From: Candidatus Pelagibacter sp. HTCC7211
Lineage (GTDB): Bacteria; Pseudomonadota; Alphaproteobacteria; Pelagibacterales; Pelagibacteraceae
Reading direction: 5' to 3'
Assembly: GCF_000155895.1 (NCBI RefSeq)
Contig: NZ_DS995298.1
Coordinates: 210,001 to 242,000, forward strand
DNA: 32,000 nt
This document shows, piece after piece, positions 28,103 through 32,000 of this stretch. The translations under genes were made by a program, and so were the position numbers. The notes beneath the pieces are model-generated. The model saw only the letters and a list, made by a program, of their open reading frames with translations. It was not told the origin of the DNA and searched no databases. Each line of letters opens with the position of its first letter. Position 1 is the stretch's first letter.

Positions 28103-28502
28103 CCTCTATATCTTCAAAGTCTCCATCTATAAAATTATTTTTTTCTTTCTTATGATTAAATCTTTTTGCAAACTTGCTAAAAAAAAATTTTCTACTAATT
28201 GGAAAAATTAATAGGAATCCAAAAATATCAGTCGCAAAACCAGGGATAATTAACAATATTGCTGCAAATGCAATTGCAGCACCTGAAATTATCTCATATG
28301 CAGGGGCTTCGTTTCTACTTAATTGTAAAAATCCGGCTTTGAGAGTATTTAGACCCTCGTATTTTGCGTAATAAACACCTACTACAGCTGTTATAAAAAT
28401 TAACAAAATTGTGGTTATCGCACCAATTTGTGATCCAATTTTAATAAAAAGGTAAATCTCAATAATAGGTATTAGTATTATAGATAATAAAATTGGGTTC
28501 AT
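28080..28502 (-). CDS. fxsA: FxsA family inner-membrane protein
   Basis: The N-terminus has IIEIYLFIKIGSQIGAITTILLIFITAVVG, the typical FxsA/UPF0716 pattern. It has multiple TM segments and an acidic tail. Confidence 0.8.
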   Translation of the reverse strand: MNPILLSIILIPIIEIYLFIKIGSQIGAITTILLIFITAVVGVYYAKYEGLNTLKAGFLQLSRNEAPAYEIISGAAIAFAAILLIIPGFATDIFGFLLIFPISRKFFFSKFAKRFNHKKEKNNFIDGDFEDIEDENDKKL

Positions 28503-28560
28503 TTGTCCGTAATCTAAATTGCCAGTTGAAATTAATCAACATAGTAATTACTATAAGGTC

Positions 28561-29157
28561 ATGAGTTACAGCTTTGAATACATAGATATAATTCTTTTAG
28601 CAATGATTGCTGGGTTTATTTTTTTAAGATTAAGAGGAATACTTGGAAAAAGAACTGGTTTTGAGGGAAAAGCCGCTCCACAATTTGATAAAATTTTAAA
28701 AGAAGCTGTTGCGAAACAAGCTCCAGTTAATAATGAAACTTTTGATGAAAATGCTCAGAAAGAATTTATTAAAGGCGCAAAAATAGCTTATGAAACTATA
28801 ATCACCGATTTTAGTGACAATGATAATAAGTTAACAACAAGCAAACCTCTTTTAAATAAAGAAATTTACGATCAATTTAATGATGCACTGAAAGAAAGAA
28901 GTGAAAGAGGGCATTATGCTGAAATAACTTTTATAGGTATTAATTCAGCAACTATTAAAGAACATAAAAAGATTGATAAAATTTTAAATGTTACGGTGGA
29001 TTTTATTGCAGAAGTAATTACCTGCATTAAAGATAAAGATAAAAAAATTATTTCAGGTGATCCAGAAAAAATTAAAAAAATATATGATACCTGGGTCTTT
29101 TCAAGAGATGTAACTTCGCCAAATCCAAACTGGCAACTTGTAAATACTTTAACTTAA
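28561..29157 (+). CDS. Tim44-like domain protein (single N-terminal TM)
   Basis: DIILLAMIAGFIFLRLRGILGKRTGFE followed by a C-terminal Tim44-like domain ending WVFSRDVTSPNPNWQLVNT. The track start, TTG 28519, is probably an over-extension; ATG 28561 gives the canonical N-terminus. Confidence 0.8.
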   Translation: MSYSFEYIDIILLAMIAGFIFLRLRGILGKRTGFEGKAAPQFDKILKEAVAKQAPVNNETFDENAQKEFIKGAKIAYETIITDFSDNDNKLTTSKPLLNKEIYDQFNDALKERSERGHYAEITFIGINSATIKEHKKIDKILNVTVDFIAEVITCIKDKDKKIISGDPEKIKKIYDTWVFSRDVTSPNPNWQLVNTLT

Positions 29158-29580
29158 TTGACAGATAATATCTCAGACAAGGATAAAAAAGCCTGGGAAA
29201 AATTTATATCTGGTGATGAAAGATTACCCAATAAAGATAATAAATTTAAAAGAAAAACAATTTTAAAAACAAAATCTATAGACCTACATGGATATACACT
29301 TGAAGAAGCAAATAGATCTATTGAAAATTTTATAACTAAATCGTACGAGGATGGAATAAATAAGCTAATAGTTGTCACTGGCAAAGGTCTTCACTCACAA
29401 AATGAAAAAGATCCTTATGTTTCTAAAAATCTTAGTATTCTCAAGTATTCAGTTCCTGAATTTATTTCAAATAATCAAAGTTTGATGAAAATCATTTATG
29501 AAATGAAAGATGCAAAAATTGAGGATGGTGGTGAGGGGGCTTTTTATATTTTATTAAAAAAACATAAATCTATAAAATAA
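29158..29580 (+). CDS. Smr (MutS2 C-terminal-like) domain protein
   Basis: Smr core [40 protein letters not shown]. There is no in-frame ATG near the 5' end, so the TTG start at 29158 directly follows the upstream stop (TAA TTG). Confidence 0.75.
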   Translation: MTDNISDKDKKAWEKFISGDERLPNKDNKFKRKTILKTKSIDLHGYTLEEANRSIENFITKSYEDGINKLIVVTGKGLHSQNEKDPYVSKNLSILKYSVPEFISNNQSLMKIIYEMKDAKIEDGGEGAFYILLKKHKSIK

Positions 29581-30943
29581 ATTTTGAAAGGTCGGTATCT
29601 TTAATTAAATTATCTAAGTTTTTATCAATATATTCTTTATTGATAATAATTTTTTCACCAGACCTGTCAGTAGCTGTAAAACTAATCTCATCTAAAATTT
29701 TTTCAATAATGGTGTGAAGTCTTCTAGCTCCAATATTTTCAACAGTAGTGTTAACTTCTGATGCAATATTAGCAATTGCATCAATTCCATCATCTGAAAA
29801 TTCAAGTTCTACATTTTCTGTTTTTAAAAGAGCAACATATTGTTTAATTAGACTGAAATCAGGTTCTCTTAAAATTCTTTTAAAATCCTCACTGGTCAAT
29901 GCTTCTAGCTCAACTCTTATAGGTAACCTTCCTTGAAGTTCAGGAAGTAGATCAGATGGTTTTGCAAGCTGGAATGCTCCAGATGCTATAAACAAAATAT
30001 GATCTGTTTTAATAGGACCATGTTTGGTATTTACTGTGGTTCCTTCAATTAAAGGCAATAAATCTCTTTGCACACCTTCACGGGATACATCGCCACCAAC
30101 ACGATCTGTTCTGGCTGAAATTTTATCTACTTCATCTAAGAAAACTATTCCATTATTTTCAGTTGATAACTTTGCAGCTTTAACAATTTTATCTTGTTCT
30201 ATTAATTTATCAGACTCATCATTTATTAAAATTTCATGAGATTCTTTTACTGTCATTTTCTTCTTTTTTTCTTTATTACCCATTGATTTTCCAATCATTT
30301 CACCAATGTTAATCATCCCAACATTTGCCCCAGGCATTCCTGGTATTTCAAAAGAAGTGTTACCAGATCCAGTATCACTAACAGCTATTTCAATTTCATT
30401 ATCATCTAGATCACCATTTCGAAGTCTTTTTCTAAAGCTTTCTCGAGTTGCAAGGCTTGCTTTTTTACCAACTAATGCATCTAAAACTTTTTCCTCAGCT
30501 GCTTTTTGAGCTTGGGCATGAACCCCTTTTCTCATTTTTACCTTTTCCATTGAGATGGCAATTTCAATTAGGTCTCTTACTATTTGTTCTACATCTCTTC
30601 CAACATAGCCAACTTCAGTAAATCTTGTAGCCTCAACTTTTACAAATGGTGCTTCAGCTAATTTAGATAGTCTTCTTGAAATTTCTGTTTTACCAACTCC
30701 TGTTGGTCCAATCATAAGAATATTTTTTGGCAAAACCTCATTTTTCATTTCACCTGTAAGCGCTTGTCTTCGCCATCTATTTCTTAAAGCAACAGCAACT
30801 GCTTTTTTTGCTTTATTTTGACCTACAACAAATCTATCTAATTCTGATACGATTTCTCTTGGAGATAATGAGCTCACTAAAGAGCTCTCTTCTTTAGCAT
30901 TTTTATCTTTTGGAACTAGAGGTGTTACGTTTGAATTTTCCAT
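29570..30943 (-). CDS. hslU: ATP-dependent protease ATPase subunit HslU
   Basis: [32 protein letters not shown], Walker [27 protein letters not shown] and [11 protein letters not shown]. Confidence 0.97.
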   Translation of the reverse strand: MENSNVTPLVPKDKNAKEESSLVSSLSPREIVSELDRFVVGQNKAKKAVAVALRNRWRRQALTGEMKNEVLPKNILMIGPTGVGKTEISRRLSKLAEAPFVKVEATRFTEVGYVGRDVEQIVRDLIEIAISMEKVKMRKGVHAQAQKAAEEKVLDALVGKKASLATRESFRKRLRNGDLDDNEIEIAVSDTGSGNTSFEIPGMPGANVGMINIGEMIGKSMGNKEKKKKMTVKESHEILINDESDKLIEQDKIVKAAKLSTENNGIVFLDEVDKISARTDRVGGDVSREGVQRDLLPLIEGTTVNTKHGPIKTDHILFIASGAFQLAKPSDLLPELQGRLPIRVELEALTSEDFKRILREPDFSLIKQYVALLKTENVELEFSDDGIDAIANIASEVNTTVENIGARRLHTIIEKILDEISFTATDRSGEKIIINKEYIDKNLDNLIKDTDLSKFIL

Positions 30944-31458
30944 TATATTTTTAAAACTTTAATATTATCATTTGTAAAAACACAAATTTCTGATGCAACT
31001 TTGATAGCTTTTTTTGCAACTTCTTCTGCACTCATATCAGTTTCTATTAAAACTTTTCCAGCTGCTAAAGCATAGTTCCCACCTGATCCTATCCCTATGA
31101 CATCCCCTTCAGGTTCTAAAACATCTCCAGTTCCAGAAATAATATAACTATTTTCTTTATCTCCAATCGCCATAAGGGCCTCTAATCTTCTCAAATATTT
31201 ATCAGTTCGCCAATCTTTTGCTAATTCAACAGCTGCTCTTGATAAATTTCCTGCATGTTTTTCTATTTTAGCCTCTAATCTTTCGAATAATGTTAATGCA
31301 TCTGCTGTTGATCCTGCAAATCCTGCAACCACATCTCTTTTTTCAATTTTTCTAACCTTTGAAGCTGTGCTTTTAACTACAGTATTTCCCATACTTACTT
31401 GTCCATCTCCAGCCACAACTACTTCATTATTTTTTCTAACTAAAACAATCGTTGTCAT
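30943..31458 (-). CDS. hslV: ATP-dependent protease subunit HslV
   Basis: [22 protein letters not shown]..., [17 protein letters not shown] and [10 protein letters not shown]. The catalytic N-terminal Thr requires the Met-Thr start at ATG 31458; the track start, TTG 31464, is 2 codons too long. The stop overlaps the hslU ATG as TAATG. Confidence 0.95.
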   Translation of the reverse strand: MTTIVLVRKNNEVVVAGDGQVSMGNTVVKSTASKVRKIEKRDVVAGFAGSTADALTLFERLEAKIEKHAGNLSRAAVELAKDWRTDKYLRRLEALMAIGDKENSYIISGTGDVLEPEGDVIGIGSGGNYALAAGKVLIETDMSAEEVAKKAIKVASEICVFTNDNIKVLKI

Positions 31459-31464
31459 ATTCAA

Positions 31465-31493
31465 TAAATGGTAACTATTTTTGATACTTCAAG
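31465..31493 (-). promoter_or_regulatory. Candidate sigma-32 (RpoH)-type heat-shock promoter for hslVU
   Basis: The minus strand reads CTTGAA (31493->31488), then 16 nt, then CCATTTA (31471->31465). Compare the E. coli sigma-32 consensus CTTGAA-N13-17-CCCCATNT. This is a motif match only. Confidence 0.35.
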
Positions 31494-31547
31494 TGTTCAT
31501 AGGGATATTGATATACTAAGATTATATATGTATACCTCTTAAAATAT

Positions 31548-32000
31548 ATGGCTAGAAAAGGAAAAGTATCTCGTAAAACTAAAGAAACCAGCATCAATGT
31601 TGAGGTTAATATTGATGGAAAAGGTAAATACCAAATTGACACTGGTATAGGTTTTTTAGATCACATGCTTGAACAGTTATCAAAGCATTCTTTAATTGAT
31701 TTAAAAGTTAAAGCTAAAGGAGATACTCACATTGATCTTCATCACACTACAGAAGATACAGGAATTGCGATTGGAGAAGCTTTAAAAAAAGCAGCTAAAA
31801 AATTTGTTGGCATCAAACGTTATGCACATAGAGTAATTCCAATGGATGAAACTTTAACTAGAGTGGCAATTGATGTTTCAAACAGACCTTATTTGATTTG
31901 GAAAGTAAAATTAAAAGTTGAAAAACTTGGTGAGATGGACACAGAATTATTTAAAGAATGGTTTCAAGCTTTTTCACAATCTGCTGGTATTACTTTACAC
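31548..32000 (+). CDS. hisB: Imidazoleglycerol-phosphate dehydratase, N-terminal 151 codons; the 3' end lies outside the window (absent from the ORF track)
   Basis: Hand translation gives [79 protein letters not shown]..., which carries the IGPD signatures. The frame stays open to the window end. Confidence 0.93.
   Translation, partial: MARKGKVSRKTKETSINVEVNIDGKGKYQIDTGIGFLDHMLEQLSKHSLIDLKVKAKGDTHIDLHHTTEDTGIAIGEALKKAAKKFVGIKRYAHRVIPMDETLTRVAIDVSNRPYLIWKVKLKVEKLGEMDTELFKEWFQAFSQSAGITLH

Noticed and set aside
1088-30509. Twenty-one short ORFs in the track, 62-136 aa, nested within or antisense to larger genes: 1088-1342, 1550-1804, 2644-2901, 3012-3218, 3480-3698, 4381-4791, 10534-10752, 12049-12282, 14031-14234, 16571-16801, 19304-19552, 20672-20869, 23780-23968, 25063-25251, 26690-26896, 28174-28371, 29154-29384, 29748-29936, 30024-30239, 30306-30509.
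   Set aside because: Each lies entirely inside a confidently identified conserved gene, in another frame or on the other strand. Their translations are low-complexity (Ile/Phe/Lys/Ser-rich) with no recognisable motifs, as expected for chance ORFs in AT-rich DNA.

Overview
The window looks like a streamlined, very AT-rich alphaproteobacterial chromosome. Composition, gene density and synteny resemble the SAR11/Pelagibacterales clade, but this is inferred and not verified. It is almost entirely conserved housekeeping genes: dnaK-dnaJ, dapB, nth, leuS-lptE-holA, parB-parA-rsmG-mnmG-mnmE, rho, hemJ-hemH-hemE, a DUF299/PDRP gene, maf-aroE-coaE-dnaQ, secB, fxsA, hslVU and hisB. I found no CRISPR array, transposase, integrase, phage gene, tRNA/rRNA or recognisable defence or toxin cassette, and I cannot support a claim of a novel multi-gene system. 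The strongest non-coding signals are two. One is a probable chromosomal replication origin in the 270-bp, roughly 13% G+C gap between hemE and the DUF299 gene. The other is a perfect 16-bp consensus parS palindrome inside the rsmG coding sequence. Secondary observations: a TPR-sulfotransferase fusion inserted between mnmE and rho; an orphan winged-helix regulator with a degenerate receiver, head-to-head with a signal-less L,D-transpeptidase-like gene; a 56-aa lipoprotein ORF missing from the ORF track; a G+C-richer, probably highly expressed porin with palindromes upstream and the only clear intrinsic terminator; and extreme gene packing, with overlapping stop codons at convergent junctions and near-zero divergent spacers. 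Several ORF-track starts appear over-extended and are corrected in the feature list.
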